Shown here piece after piece: positions 47,701 to 56,761 of a DNA stretch of 64,000 bases (the first letter of the stretch is position 1; every line of letters begins with the position of its first letter). Source of the stretch: a virus; the IMG/VR virus record IMGVR_UViG_3300044646_002092, positions 52,445 to 116,444 of that record, one strand, 5' to 3'. Below the pieces are notes generated by a model, which was not told the DNA's origin, searched no databases, and saw only the letters and a list, made by a program, of their open reading frames with translations. Both the position numbers and the translations under genes were made by a program.

Positions 47701-49581
47701 GCCTACGACTGGGACAATCGCAAGAATACGTGCTTTGGGGTGAGTGAGGACACCTGTAGTTAGTGGCAGAGGTTGGAGGCAGTGGGAGTAGAAATAATCG
47801 TTAGGAACTGTAGTACTTATAAATCTACTAGCATTAGTAACCCGCAAACCCTTGACACCGATAGTTCTTCTAGCAGACCCAGCAGAACTTATCCAAGGCG
47901 TATACAAACTACCAAAAGAAAGTTCTAGTTTGTTTATTTCTTGATACAAAGTGCCAGCATAAGCAACAGTTTTAACTAAAACACCATTGATGTAAAAGTA
48001 GAGGTTACCTTCTGACCTAGAGACTGCTATATGGGTGTTTGGCTCTGCAAAAGGAGAAGCGATAACCGTAGTACTGGTCGATATATTTGAAGTTACACCT
48101 AAGTTGCTATAAAAAACAATATCTGTAGAAGGGATTGTAATTGCAGGATAAGCATTGAAAGCTGAAGCATTTATTATGTTCCCAGTCTCTGAAGGCATAC
48201 TTTTCCAAACATTGCCGTCTTCACTTATACTAAACGTCAAATAAGGTACTGTGTTCCTACCATAAACTACATTGCCATCTGAATAATGATTAAAATCTAT
48301 TGTTGCAACTATTTTGCCATTAGATGTTAGCTTTAAGAGGTTTACTTTTTCTATACCTTCTGTAGCCGAAATATTACTGCTTAGCCAGCTAGATAGTGTT
48401 TTTGCTGTCGTAATCGGTGCATTATTTTCAAACAGACCCAAATAGCATTCCATAGTCCATTCAGACGCAGATAAATTTGTCTCAATCTGCTCAGAAGTGT
48501 AAACAGTGTTTCCATCTAACTCAATAAACCCAGTATTAAAGTTTGGTGTTTTTTGTCTCAGTGTTTCATTGGCTAACCTTTTTGTATTTGAGGCGTAGTT
48601 ATAAGTATCAAACTGTAAAGGAAAATTGAATAGCACATTGGCATATCTTGGGTCAATGCGGTTAGCTATACTTGACTTAGGGAAAGGTAGTGTTGCGCTG
48701 TAGAAAGTTGAAGGATATCGGACAATATTTTTTGTAATGCGGAAGTTGGAAATACCTCCACTGAAACTTGCGTCTATTAAGTTTTCTGTGCTTGCACCAA
48801 ACCAATTAAAAAACGGCGAAGCACCTAAGAATAGTCTATAGTCTCTTGTATCTATGTTGTTAGATGCAGAATGAGCCAAGTTGAAACTGCAAGCTGTTGC
48901 ACCAGTTTGTATAAAGTTAAGAAACGTTTGTAAGATATTGCCGACACGCTGTATGCAGACCGTGTAAAAAGTGTTCGCAACAATTGGTGATGTGTTTACT
49001 TTGAAGCTAGTACCCTTGGCAGAAAAATGAAGGTCTGAGTTGACTAAGAATAAACCGTAACCACCGCTTGCACCTAAAGTGGGTGGGGCAGCAGGATTAA
49101 ATCCATTCCAGTTTAAACAGCTATTTACAGAAAAAATAGTTTGTATCGGTACTATGCTATCTGTGTAAAATGATATCTCGATAGTAAAATTCCCAGTACC
49201 AAGACTAAAGCCTTCTGACCACCCACTTAATTGAACATCCGCATAGGTAGGCGCGACCAACGATGTAGTTTGACCTATATTAAGCTCTGCGGCTCTATTG
49301 ATGCGATTAACTGCGTTTGGGATATACAAGCAAGAAGAGACACCCACAAGGCTAGGAAACCCTGATGTTGGATAGCTTATAGCAGAATCAAAGTCAGAAC
49401 CAGTGTAATTCTTGACGTGGCGCTGAAAACGCGAGTAATCGCGGCTGAAAGGTAGTCCTCGACTGTTATCGGTTGCACTGCCTGAGATAAGTAAGATAAC
49501 GTCGTTGAAATATACGTCCTCGACCACAGAGTTCGTGGCATCGGCGCTTGCTAAGTATTTTGCGAGTGTTTTGCCTTCCAT
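44659..49581 (-). CDS. Very large multi-LamG / Ig-like virion protein (1640 aa)
   Basis: Four or more LamG units (FTIE.., SNFRITK..RY, DPYYNNLLL) plus FN3-like and Ig-like segments. Confidence 0.8.
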   Translation of the reverse strand: MEGKTLAKYLASADATNSVVEDVYFNDVILLISGSATDNSRGLPFSRDYSRFQRHVKNYTGSDFDSAISYPTSGFPSLVGVSSCLYIPNAVNRINRAAELNIGQTTSLVAPTYADVQLSGWSEGFSLGTGNFTIEISFYTDSIVPIQTIFSVNSCLNWNGFNPAAPPTLGASGGYGLFLVNSDLHFSAKGTSFKVNTSPIVANTFYTVCIQRVGNILQTFLNFIQTGATACSFNLAHSASNNIDTRDYRLFLGASPFFNWFGASTENLIDASFSGGISNFRITKNIVRYPSTFYSATLPFPKSSIANRIDPRYANVLFNFPLQFDTYNYASNTKRLANETLRQKTPNFNTGFIELDGNTVYTSEQIETNLSASEWTMECYLGLFENNAPITTAKTLSSWLSSNISATEGIEKVNLLKLTSNGKIVATIDFNHYSDGNVVYGRNTVPYLTFSISEDGNVWKSMPSETGNIINASAFNAYPAITIPSTDIVFYSNLGVTSNISTSTTVIASPFAEPNTHIAVSRSEGNLYFYINGVLVKTVAYAGTLYQEINKLELSFGSLYTPWISSAGSARRTIGVKGLRVTNASRFISTTVPNDYFYSHCLQPLPLTTGVLTHPKARILAIVPVVGNPSISTGTCQWYVYVAQAVDSLVLADFSLTQIEGVSGASLITIDKNNELEYVVTADTGTGNGKLGLNFVDRRTVRYKGINTLISNYIGELSFQGQSYVINKNAPVPTITSGSSPYINETFTCTLTWDAAIETFDITKVGVSNGVLSNLVLIDEVTQTYQFNVTPEKQGVVYVQAIEGAGITDGAISSSKSNLLARIYAEAFPILQLPLDLSNTFYDVSPNAYQLSEIVPNNTLFSSTVFPIGTNSSLAVVPQLEQSGLTYDNFEAIGQGSSLVMNGDWTIEFHYRGNTYSPQNTTHLFSVEKAGTGFAVLAVNGNIQVVRSIDLTSNLFPAVTLRESDIFSSGNPIYPAYENGAYTLQQKFPHFAITKKGNVYRFYRNGVRIGLVGSSTFLNISSGALKVGYYKNRVTQAPYFLSNLRLTVGKALYTAYQHDVPLIPYSQVTNILDVSELLDYISLVSDNNVPNKAVNGNTLSLTFNSIIELTNLPVVTILGKTATVTNTQYNTYVATLLVNETIDQQVYFNIVIHDEPSLPNKNFTSTTNGTSVFIENSPFTIVLSTTQPNDNSYKLYATATLNKDAPAFGLDALTLTNCVVGGLIKASNNNVFNFEVQANASGDFSLAVLANSVNSAIGTPNQASNVLTRTAVVPAYLPDPYYNNLLLFIQATTTGTIIDESLHDCVLAINNVSVVADTYPTGLLKSMKFDGQGSSIVANLSQPISANQDYCIEFYIYLPSLTTFSLSAPVASPASSVTPTSFDISWSDVEGATDYIVDVSQTSDFSTKLDGFDNKLVGDVNSVLVATNSAIESPIVEPNRVKAEKGFVAEWQKKIGAVGYRVYSSLSSTFNTSIQAVSGVFTRSNNISIGDVTNAIEYIPEPIVGDVTSSSSTYNSDSILQGILSSGATSPKIFAFNDEATLRCYKGQPNYTSPAIAEIEAKQWFHVALVNSATNKTTKLYIDGVLTDKLKNTNMDWTETLNIGYAITNFSGYIQSFRITYGAQRYQTNFEPPQLPLSKS

Positions 49582-49588
49582 TCAGGTA

Positions 49589-50089
49589 TTATAGCTTAGT
49601 AGCCATTCCCGAAAGTCTACTATAATATCTTTTCTTTTTCTCAAATATGCCGTTAGGATAAACCTCATTCAATGGAATACCTTCTTCCATCATCCCACCA
49701 TAACCTTTAAACGGGTCTGTTCTAAAACCGACATAACCAGAATCGGAAATAGCCTCATCTTTTACTTTACGAATATCACTCCAACCAGTCTTAGGGATTT
49801 CAGGTTCGCGCCGTTTACCATCATAAGTGTACGACTCAGCACCTAAAGGTTTTGTTAAAGGGTCTTTCCCAGCTTCAGATTGCCCGTACCATTTTTTATT
49901 TTGTCTTGCAATGCTTACTCTATTATCAAAAATCTCTTTGGTAGCTTCTGGACTTGTTGCAGTTTGTGCTAAATTACCGTAAGTATTGTTCGGTTGATAC
50001 TTGCGTCTAGGGGCTTCACCAGCCTCGTATAGACGTTTTAATTGTTTATTAGCTTGTTTGACATAACCAAAATTTGCAAAATGTTCCAT
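49589..50089 (-). CDS. HFANF-tag protein B (paralog of 17107..17559)
   Basis: Starts MEHFANFG; AAGAAGG RBS. Confidence 0.7.
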   Translation of the reverse strand: MEHFANFGYVKQANKQLKRLYEAGEAPRRKYQPNNTYGNLAQTATSPEATKEIFDNRVSIARQNKKWYGQSEAGKDPLTKPLGAESYTYDGKRREPEIPKTGWSDIRKVKDEAISDSGYVGFRTDPFKGYGGMMEEGIPLNEVYPNGIFEKKKRYYSRLSGMATKL

Positions 50090-50098
50090 AACTATACC

Positions 50099-50126
50099 TT
50101 CTTTTCTGCACCGAGCGTCAGCGAGT
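50099..50126. repeat. 28-bp dispersed repeat, copy 2
   Basis: 27/28 identical to 18139..18166; fills the intergenic gap upstream of protein B. Confidence 0.85.
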
Positions 50127-50127
50127 C

Positions 50128-51738
50128 TTAGCCAGCGTCTGTTGTAGCAATTTTTCCACGTTTCTTAATTATACCAGCACTGTCCTTTCTAGCTGAAAAG
50201 AGGATTATGTCACTCTTCCCATTACCAGAAAGTACAGGAGTTGTTCCGCTAGGGAACAAGATACTATTATCAAACGCAACCGCGCCTGTATTCTGCACCA
50301 ATTCAACTATAAGCGCCTTAGTTTGATTATTTGCAAGTGTGGCGGTAAAGTTGATGTTGGTAATAGTGTTACTAATATCTGCAACTGGTGTTTTTAGAAT
50401 CAAATAGTCGTAATCTGCGTCGAGGTCAATTGTATAGTTTGTCGGTGAGGTAATCGTTACGGTGTTAGTCTTAATTTGGTCGCCAAGGGCATCTACGACC
50501 TCTGAAGATAGTTTGTCCAGTCCAACACTTCCATCAGGCAGTGCAGGGTCAAAAACTACCCACCTACCAGTTGTAGGGTTGGTGTTAGGAATCAGAACTG
50601 TGTCACCATTATCCGCTAGCACCGATGCAGCATCATATTTGTAAGGTCTATTAACCGATTCGACCAAACGCACTTGTCCTGACTTGTATTGCACTGAGTT
50701 CAAGCTCTTGAGCGCCGCAATATTATCTACTGGCGCGTCCCAGAAAAGAAGGTCTTGTAGAAGTGCGTAATTGACCAGCTTAGGGTAGATGCTGATGAAA
50801 CTTTGGGCGCTAACGCCGTCTAGAAGCTGAGACGAAGGCGAGACTTCGATAACTACTGCGGAGCCATCTGGAACACCCTTGTTGAGTGCAATATCGAGTG
50901 TTGGGTACTCTTGAACCACTCCGAGGTTATCAATGCCAGTGGTATCGAGGACAAACGAAGTGAGATTGATGTAACCAATGATTTTAACACCGAATACTAG
51001 CCTAATAGCTGGGTCAGAGGTATATTCGCTTAAATTGAGGCGCAAGCCCGTCAAAGTACCGCCAGTGTCGTTCACAATCCAATATTTGATAGGTACTGGT
51101 ATGGAATTGATGTTTTCAAGTGGGGCAACGAGTAGTGTCTCTTGGTCTGCACTGATTACATCAATTTCGGCTAATGAAGTGGTTTCGTATAGGCTTGCTT
51201 CCCTTGTCTTGAACCAGCGCCCGCTATTGTGCGCTAACACGGTAATATTGTCTACGGGAGATACTGAACCGCTAATAAATTCGTACACAAAACCCGACCC
51301 GTTGAGAAGTACCCTAAAGCCAGTTAATAGACCTGTGAGGGCGCTGATGTCTGCGGAGTTAGAATAGCTCGTCGGACTGTTTAAAGTGGCGTTAGCGGTG
51401 ATTACTACATTGCTGGGAGTGATTGGGGTTATGTAATCGGAGGCAAAGTGATTAAACTTGTAGATAATGCGGCTTGTCGCATAGTCGTTGGTAGTTGATA
51501 CACTGATTAAGGTTTCATGAATATCTTCGTATTGCAACGTTGTAAAGTTACTTGCATCAATTGTCACACTTCCACTTGCACTCACTGCGAGAGACTTTAC
51601 GGGTGACGGGCTAGTATACCCAGCGCGATTTCGCCTAACCAACCAGAAGTAATACGTGCCAGCCGTGATACTCCCACCAGATGCAGTTGTGATAGTCGGT
51701 ACAGGTAAGGTTTTTGACGCTGCGTAGGTAGTCTTCAT
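50128..51738 (-). CDS. Virion protein with two tailspike-type adaptor modules
   Basis: VDNITVLAHNSGRWF and ADNGDTVLIPNTNPTTGRWV. Confidence 0.65.
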   Translation of the reverse strand: MKTTYAASKTLPVPTITTASGGSITAGTYYFWLVRRNRAGYTSPSPVKSLAVSASGSVTIDASNFTTLQYEDIHETLISVSTTNDYATSRIIYKFNHFASDYITPITPSNVVITANATLNSPTSYSNSADISALTGLLTGFRVLLNGSGFVYEFISGSVSPVDNITVLAHNSGRWFKTREASLYETTSLAEIDVISADQETLLVAPLENINSIPVPIKYWIVNDTGGTLTGLRLNLSEYTSDPAIRLVFGVKIIGYINLTSFVLDTTGIDNLGVVQEYPTLDIALNKGVPDGSAVVIEVSPSSQLLDGVSAQSFISIYPKLVNYALLQDLLFWDAPVDNIAALKSLNSVQYKSGQVRLVESVNRPYKYDAASVLADNGDTVLIPNTNPTTGRWVVFDPALPDGSVGLDKLSSEVVDALGDQIKTNTVTITSPTNYTIDLDADYDYLILKTPVADISNTITNINFTATLANNQTKALIVELVQNTGAVAFDNSILFPSGTTPVLSGNGKSDIILFSARKDSAGIIKKRGKIATTDAG

Positions 51739-51740
51739 AT

Positions 51741-51992
51741 TTACTTCATAATAGTTGTATTTGTGACGGGCGTGACTATATTAAAAGTAAACGTCTCGCT
51801 ACCTTGTGTGAGTTTTACCCGATTTCCTTCTTGGACGACTCGCGGAACCACATTTTGCAGCCCAGCTTTGATGGCGGCTAACGCCTCTGTGTAGTCGATG
51901 TCTTGATTCATTTGATTATTATACCTTGTTCCCCATTTCTTTTCTGCATACGAACGCAGTGAGGTGTATGTGCTATCATAATAAGTAAACAT
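51741..51992 (-). CDS. Hypothetical protein (83 aa; start revised to MFTYYDS)
   Basis: The upstream part of the track ORF is the antisense shadow of 52005..52286. Confidence 0.55.
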   Translation of the reverse strand: MFTYYDSTYTSLRSYAEKKWGTRYNNQMNQDIDYTEALAAIKAGLQNVVPRVVQEGNRVKLTQGSETFTFNIVTPVTNTTIMK

Positions 51993-52004
51993 ATACCAAC
52001 CAAT

Positions 52005-52286
52005 ATGACCTACCCAATCTCTAAATTTGTTGAAGCAGCCAAAGCATTGCGCGAAAATTATCCTGATGGCGAACTTATTACCATCACTTCGGACGAAACA
52101 TCGCTCACAGTCAGCCGTACAGAGACAGTAGAAAATAATGCTGCTGTTTATGAATATGGTAGCTACATCAAACTCACTCCTCCTACAGAAAACTATGAAG
52201 GTACTGTGGAAGAGTACGCTGAGAATTTGCTTGACCAACTTTACGGTTTTGGTGACGATGAGTATGATGAGAGCGAAGACGAATAG
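52005..52286 (+). CDS. Acidic hypothetical protein
   Basis: 93 aa; followed by a terminator. Confidence 0.65.
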   Translation: MTYPISKFVEAAKALRENYPDGELITITSDETSLTVSRTETVENNAAVYEYGSYIKLTPPTENYEGTVEEYAENLLDQLYGFGDDEYDESEDE

Positions 52287-52312
52287 TATCTAGTTTGTAT
52301 GCTCGAAACGTG

Positions 52313-52340
52313 ACCTCTGGTTGTAATGACTGGAGGTTTT
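52313..52340 (+). terminator. Rho-independent terminator
   Basis: ACCTCTGGTT-GTAA-TGACTGGAGGT followed by TTT. Confidence 0.75.
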
Positions 52341-52653
52341 GTCTCATGCGCCGACGGGCTGGAAAATTTTAGAAGAAGTAGAAGTAGTGATTCTACGTGT
52401 ATAAAACACAAAAATAAGTCAGGCTGAAATGTAAGCTCCGAAAGACTTTCAAAATTTCCGTACAAAACTTACGTTGTGTTTTTATTTTTTTAAATTTGGT
52501 CAGGTCGTGGTTTTTGTGAGGTTTTGGTTATTAGAAAAAGTTAAGTTAGTGTTTTGTTGTGGTTTTAGCTGTTGATTTTAAGTATATCTTTAGAGAGATG
52601 GTAAGCACTTTGTGGTTTGTGCTATATTAATAAAAGAAAACAAAAACTCACTA

Positions 52654-53298
52654 ATGAATATATCCAAGATTACAGAAATCGAGTTAGTAAGGCTTCTCAA
52701 GCCCCCAATACCTATGGATAAAATTTCTTGCATGATAGAGACTAGCCCAAAAGAAAGTCAAGAGAGTTTGTGGAAAATGGTTGCTATTGCTTTAGCCGAC
52801 CAAGCAAACACACTAAACAAATACAGTCTTGACACTGCTCAAATTGCACAAGTTGATGGTCTTGCCAATTTTCTTCGTAGTAACCCTGAGTATCTTCGTG
52901 GATTTGATATTGACAAAGATACCCAGAAAATCATTTTCAATGGTGTAGAGGCAGAAAAAGGAGCTTATGGATTTGACCTTAGCCCAATTGACATACTCAG
53001 TAGCAAGTTGAGCGAGAATTTCAACTACCGATACAACTTTGAGTACAAATTTCTTCTTACCGCTTTGAAAAAAGCCCTGAAATTGGCAAAACACCAAAGC
53101 TCAGTTGAAACAGTCGAGTATGTTGACCGAGTTATCACTAAGTTGCTTGAAAATACTCGCAAAGCGCGAATTACAGTGTCTGAGATTCTCAAAGATACCC
53201 AAGGACTTAATAAAAAAGTTGTTGCTGATTCACTGGTCAGACTAGGTTGGACTAAACAAACATATAAAAACGGAGCCGTATTTTATTTAAAACCATGA
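52654..53298 (+). CDS. Putative DNA-binding protein (paralog of 18429..19076)
   Basis: Start revised to ATG 52654, downstream of extended -10 GTGCTATATT (52619); C-terminal ARITVSEILKD...VADSLVRLGW...VFY. Confidence 0.55.
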   Translation: MNISKITEIELVRLLKPPIPMDKISCMIETSPKESQESLWKMVAIALADQANTLNKYSLDTAQIAQVDGLANFLRSNPEYLRGFDIDKDTQKIIFNGVEAEKGAYGFDLSPIDILSSKLSENFNYRYNFEYKFLLTALKKALKLAKHQSSVETVEYVDRVITKLLENTRKARITVSEILKDTQGLNKKVVADSLVRLGWTKQTYKNGAVFYLKP

Positions 53299-53621
53299 CA
53301 GACAGCCAACTATTTGATACTCTCACCGACGAACAAAAACAATCAGGCTACTCATGCGACATGATGATTATCGATGATGTAATTGACGAGCAATATGGAA
53401 AACCAATTTTTCTTGCCTCTACTATTGACGGAACATACCCTATGCAAAAACTGCTTGATGATTACAAGATTTGGTATGACAAAGTAGTAGCCCTACAATT
53501 TAGCATTCCTGAGAGTGCTATAACGGGTTCTGTATCTGGTTCAGTATTTTTCAACGAAGCTAAACTCACTGCTCAGTTGTTTGAGGATAAACTTGCAAAA
53601 ACTTGGGGACACAAATACTAA
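53295..53621 (+). CDS. Hypothetical protein
   Basis: 108-aa ORF, translationally coupled. Confidence 0.6.
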   Translation: MTDSQLFDTLTDEQKQSGYSCDMMIIDDVIDEQYGKPIFLASTIDGTYPMQKLLDDYKIWYDKVVALQFSIPESAITGSVSGSVFFNEAKLTAQLFEDKLAKTWGHKY

Positions 53622-53622
53622 C

Positions 53623-53928
53623 ATGACTAAACCAACTGCCCTCGACATTTGGTATGAAGAAGCACTCAAGTTTGTAGAAAGTCACTACGACAAAAACAAC
53701 ATCTCAATCGAGAAAAGCTCTTATGACAAAGAACTTCACATTACTATCAGTCGTAAAGATACGGTACTACTAAGCTATTTTATGCCAGTTAACGATATCA
53801 AGAACGAAGATATTATTCCAGATGCTCATGAATGTTTCCGAGCTTATGTGAGATGCTTTTTTCCTAAAATTTTACAATCAATGTACAACACTCTACTTTT
53901 TGGCGGGAGCCTTAAAAACCATGACTGA
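53623..53928 (+). CDS. Hypothetical protein
   Basis: Start revised to MTKPTAL. Confidence 0.55.
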   Translation: MTKPTALDIWYEEALKFVESHYDKNNISIEKSSYDKELHITISRKDTVLLSYFMPVNDIKNEDIIPDAHECFRAYVRCFFPKILQSMYNTLLFGGSLKNHD

Positions 53929-54133
53929 ACAACCTGAATTTTTACGCATTGAAGGTGAAGACGGCTATCTAGCCTACGTTCACAACAAACATCACAACTT
54001 AACTAAAGAAAGCGTCTCAGCTATTCTTCAAAATGGAGGATATACTGGTGATTTCAAGATTGTCAGTAAACCTGAACTACAATCCAGACCCGTTACTTTG
54101 TGTCCATCTGCCAAACCCGACAGGTATACCTGA
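53921..54133 (+). CDS. Hypothetical protein
   Basis: Start revised to MTEQPEF. Confidence 0.5.
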   Translation: MTEQPEFLRIEGEDGYLAYVHNKHHNLTKESVSAILQNGGYTGDFKIVSKPELQSRPVTLCPSAKPDRYT

Positions 54134-56761
54134 AACGTCCACTCCGATATTATTCGGTAAATTTTGCACCTCAACTGTCGTCACCAGTCCGCCCTTAATA
54201 GTATTTAGTGCTGTAGCGGTCGTACTGACCGCCGTGAGGGTAACTGGTATTACTTCGCCAAACGTGACACTGACGGGCTGATTGAGCGCACCTCCATTGA
54301 TAATCTGAGTAGTAAACGTAGTAGATTTAGCAGCCCACTTTTGACCAAAGTATTGAAAAACACTATTAGGCTTAATTGCGTTTTGTGTCCACGTAAATGA
54401 CGTACTCAAACTTGCTCCATCAAACACATCTTTGTGTAGCTTAAATGTTGCGCCCTTAATTGCCTCTTGTATGTTATTTGCTCCAGTAATTGTCACATCG
54501 CTAAGTATGTTGCGGTCACGTACATTTGAGGTCAGATAAGTCAGTGAATCTTTAAGCCCATTCTTATCCTGAACAGGGTTGAGTTGATTAACTGGTTTGC
54601 GTACTGTAGCGCTAGGAGGTCGCCCCAAAGCTGTACTAAAGCTAGAACTCTGTATGTTGCTCTTAAAGCTGGCATCAGCAACTGTGCGGATTGTTCCGTA
54701 GATTGAGTAGGAGTCGTCTTTAAAACTGGCATCGTTACTTGCGGTTGAGTAGCTTGGCAAACTACTACCATCTTTTTTCTGCTTTGTTGGAATGACTTTA
54801 GTGATATCAATACTGGGCGGTACACCTTGTCCAATAACTGCGTCGTCAGGAACATTCATATAACTAAAAGGACGATAGTAAGTGCCACTATATCCCTCAT
54901 TAGCATTAATCGAATTTAGCAGCCCATTCAGGTCATTGAAAGTCTCATAAAGCCTGTCAATATTTTGTTTGGTTGTCTTGCTAGGACGAATCATGTAGCG
55001 AGTATGCTCGTAAACTTCTTCACCAGTAGTCAAGTAAATAGGGTTTTTGCCCCATAAACTCGCAGCTTGGTCTATATACTCAGGGTTGCCACTAACACCC
55101 GCAGAAATCGAATATCTCGACTTACTGACTATCATTAAGTTAGGAACCCAATCAGGACTAGGGAACAAAACTGCTACAGGGTCTTGAGTGCTTGGGGAGT
55201 TAGGTAGCTGAGCTTTAGGAATATACTCGACATTCCAATCAACTTTGTCGCCATCTTTGTAATACTTACTGAACGGCTCGATAAAATAGTCAACACGTTC
55301 AGTAATAGGGATTTTACGGTATAGGAAGCTTTCAAGCTTGCACTTGGCTTTGTAGACAGAAAGATAGTAGTACTGAAGACTGATGATGTCATTAGGAATC
55401 TGGTTCCCAATTTGAAGCAGAAAAGTAAGGTTGATGTATGCCTGAATACTCCCTTGCGACCAACTTGCAGCATCCTCATTAGCAAAACGCTTGATTGTCC
55501 ATCCTTCAGTCTGTTCAGCGACCAAAACTTGTGAATTAGACTTGAGGAGGTTCTGGTACTGCTCTGGTACTTCAATTTTAACGTAATTGCCCGACTTATC
55601 CAATACTTGAGGCTTAATATCGAGTTCTAGAGGCTGATATATAAAATCGGTCTGCTTAATACTTGTTACGCGCCATACAATAGGTCTTGCGAAGATATTA
55701 TTCCCTACCATACCCATTGCTTGATTTACTAGGTCTTTCAATAAACCTTTAAGAGCATTAGGTAGCTCTGCTGGATTTTTTTGCATCCTAGAAAGAATAG
55801 AAGTATCTATATTAATTGGAGCTAATGGATTGCTAACCAGTTCAAGAGCCGAATGAGAAAAACCATAAGTGCCAGATATTTCCGATTGAGGTTGTCCATA
55901 TTTGTACAATGTTATTTTGAATTGCTTACTCAGACCGCCATTATCGACAAACACACTAAGGTCGCGAGGAACTAAGCTACCATCACCCACTTCTGTCGGA
56001 GGTAAGTGAGGATTACTGTCGCCTTCGTAAAGCACATACTCATCGTCAGTCACTTGAACGTAAGTGTTTTGTAGCCCATAGTTAGTGCCACCATTCCAAT
56101 TGAGAAGTGTATTCTTATAACAAGGTGTTTCATTATCCGATAGGGTAATTTCAGTAAGAGGTACAGCCGTGATTGAGCGCCCAGACCCAAGGGTGACGTA
56201 ATCTATGCCTGAAGGAGAGTAAACAGCTACTTTGGCATCAAGGACGCTTCGCTCAGCCAGAAAAGAACTTACTGTGAAAAAATCGGTGTTAGCTGGTCGA
56301 TAAGGAAGATTGACAAAACCACTAAGCCCTGTAATTGGGCAGTCAATGCCAGTGAAGTCTGCTACCTGAAATAAAAGCGAAGTTAGGCTGAAACGATAGA
56401 ACTGTTCCCCAATAATTTGAGCCCAACGCCCATAAGCCAAAACAAACTTAGCTGTATTAATTCCTTTTTCTGTAAACAGCTTGCTGACGTGAGAATAGCT
56501 GAGCGAAACTTCATACCGAACCGACACATTGCCAACTTTATGAACTTGAGGAGATTCTTTGTAGCTATAGTTAGTCAAATAGAAATTGTAGTTGCCAAAT
56601 GTTAGGTCGCTTCCTAAATCTGGTATATCGTCCAGAGTTGCCACATAAATGATGGCAGAAAGAGATGGGGGTTGGTCAAGCTCCTGATTTAGCGTGTAAG
56701 TGCCTACAACGGCTCTAAGAGGATTTTCAGCGCTACTGGCAAGATTACTTACTAAGGACAC
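54077..56761 (-). CDS. Putative tail tip / hub protein (894 aa)
   Basis: Position downstream of the tape measure gene; hub-like N-terminus (GTYTLNQELDQPPSLS). Confidence 0.55.
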   Translation of the reverse strand: MSLVSNLASSAENPLRAVVGTYTLNQELDQPPSLSAIIYVATLDDIPDLGSDLTFGNYNFYLTNYSYKESPQVHKVGNVSVRYEVSLSYSHVSKLFTEKGINTAKFVLAYGRWAQIIGEQFYRFSLTSLLFQVADFTGIDCPITGLSGFVNLPYRPANTDFFTVSSFLAERSVLDAKVAVYSPSGIDYVTLGSGRSITAVPLTEITLSDNETPCYKNTLLNWNGGTNYGLQNTYVQVTDDEYVLYEGDSNPHLPPTEVGDGSLVPRDLSVFVDNGGLSKQFKITLYKYGQPQSEISGTYGFSHSALELVSNPLAPINIDTSILSRMQKNPAELPNALKGLLKDLVNQAMGMVGNNIFARPIVWRVTSIKQTDFIYQPLELDIKPQVLDKSGNYVKIEVPEQYQNLLKSNSQVLVAEQTEGWTIKRFANEDAASWSQGSIQAYINLTFLLQIGNQIPNDIISLQYYYLSVYKAKCKLESFLYRKIPITERVDYFIEPFSKYYKDGDKVDWNVEYIPKAQLPNSPSTQDPVAVLFPSPDWVPNLMIVSKSRYSISAGVSGNPEYIDQAASLWGKNPIYLTTGEEVYEHTRYMIRPSKTTKQNIDRLYETFNDLNGLLNSINANEGYSGTYYRPFSYMNVPDDAVIGQGVPPSIDITKVIPTKQKKDGSSLPSYSTASNDASFKDDSYSIYGTIRTVADASFKSNIQSSSFSTALGRPPSATVRKPVNQLNPVQDKNGLKDSLTYLTSNVRDRNILSDVTITGANNIQEAIKGATFKLHKDVFDGASLSTSFTWTQNAIKPNSVFQYFGQKWAAKSTTFTTQIINGGALNQPVSVTFGEVIPVTLTAVSTTATALNTIKGGLVTTVEVQNLPNNIGVDVSGIPVGFGRWTQSNGSGL

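Noticed and set aside
9952-49581. Diversity-generating retroelement acting on fibre tips
   Set aside because: No reverse transcriptase and no TR/VR repeat pair with adenine-specific differences was seen in the window.
52882-52891. AACCCTGAGT match to the putative IsrB guide
   Set aside because: Only 10 nt and not followed by an NTGA-like TAM; expected by chance.
53295-53621. Terminase, because of the Walker-B-like GYSCDMMIIDD
   Set aside because: Only 108 aa, with no Walker A or nuclease domain; at most a remnant.
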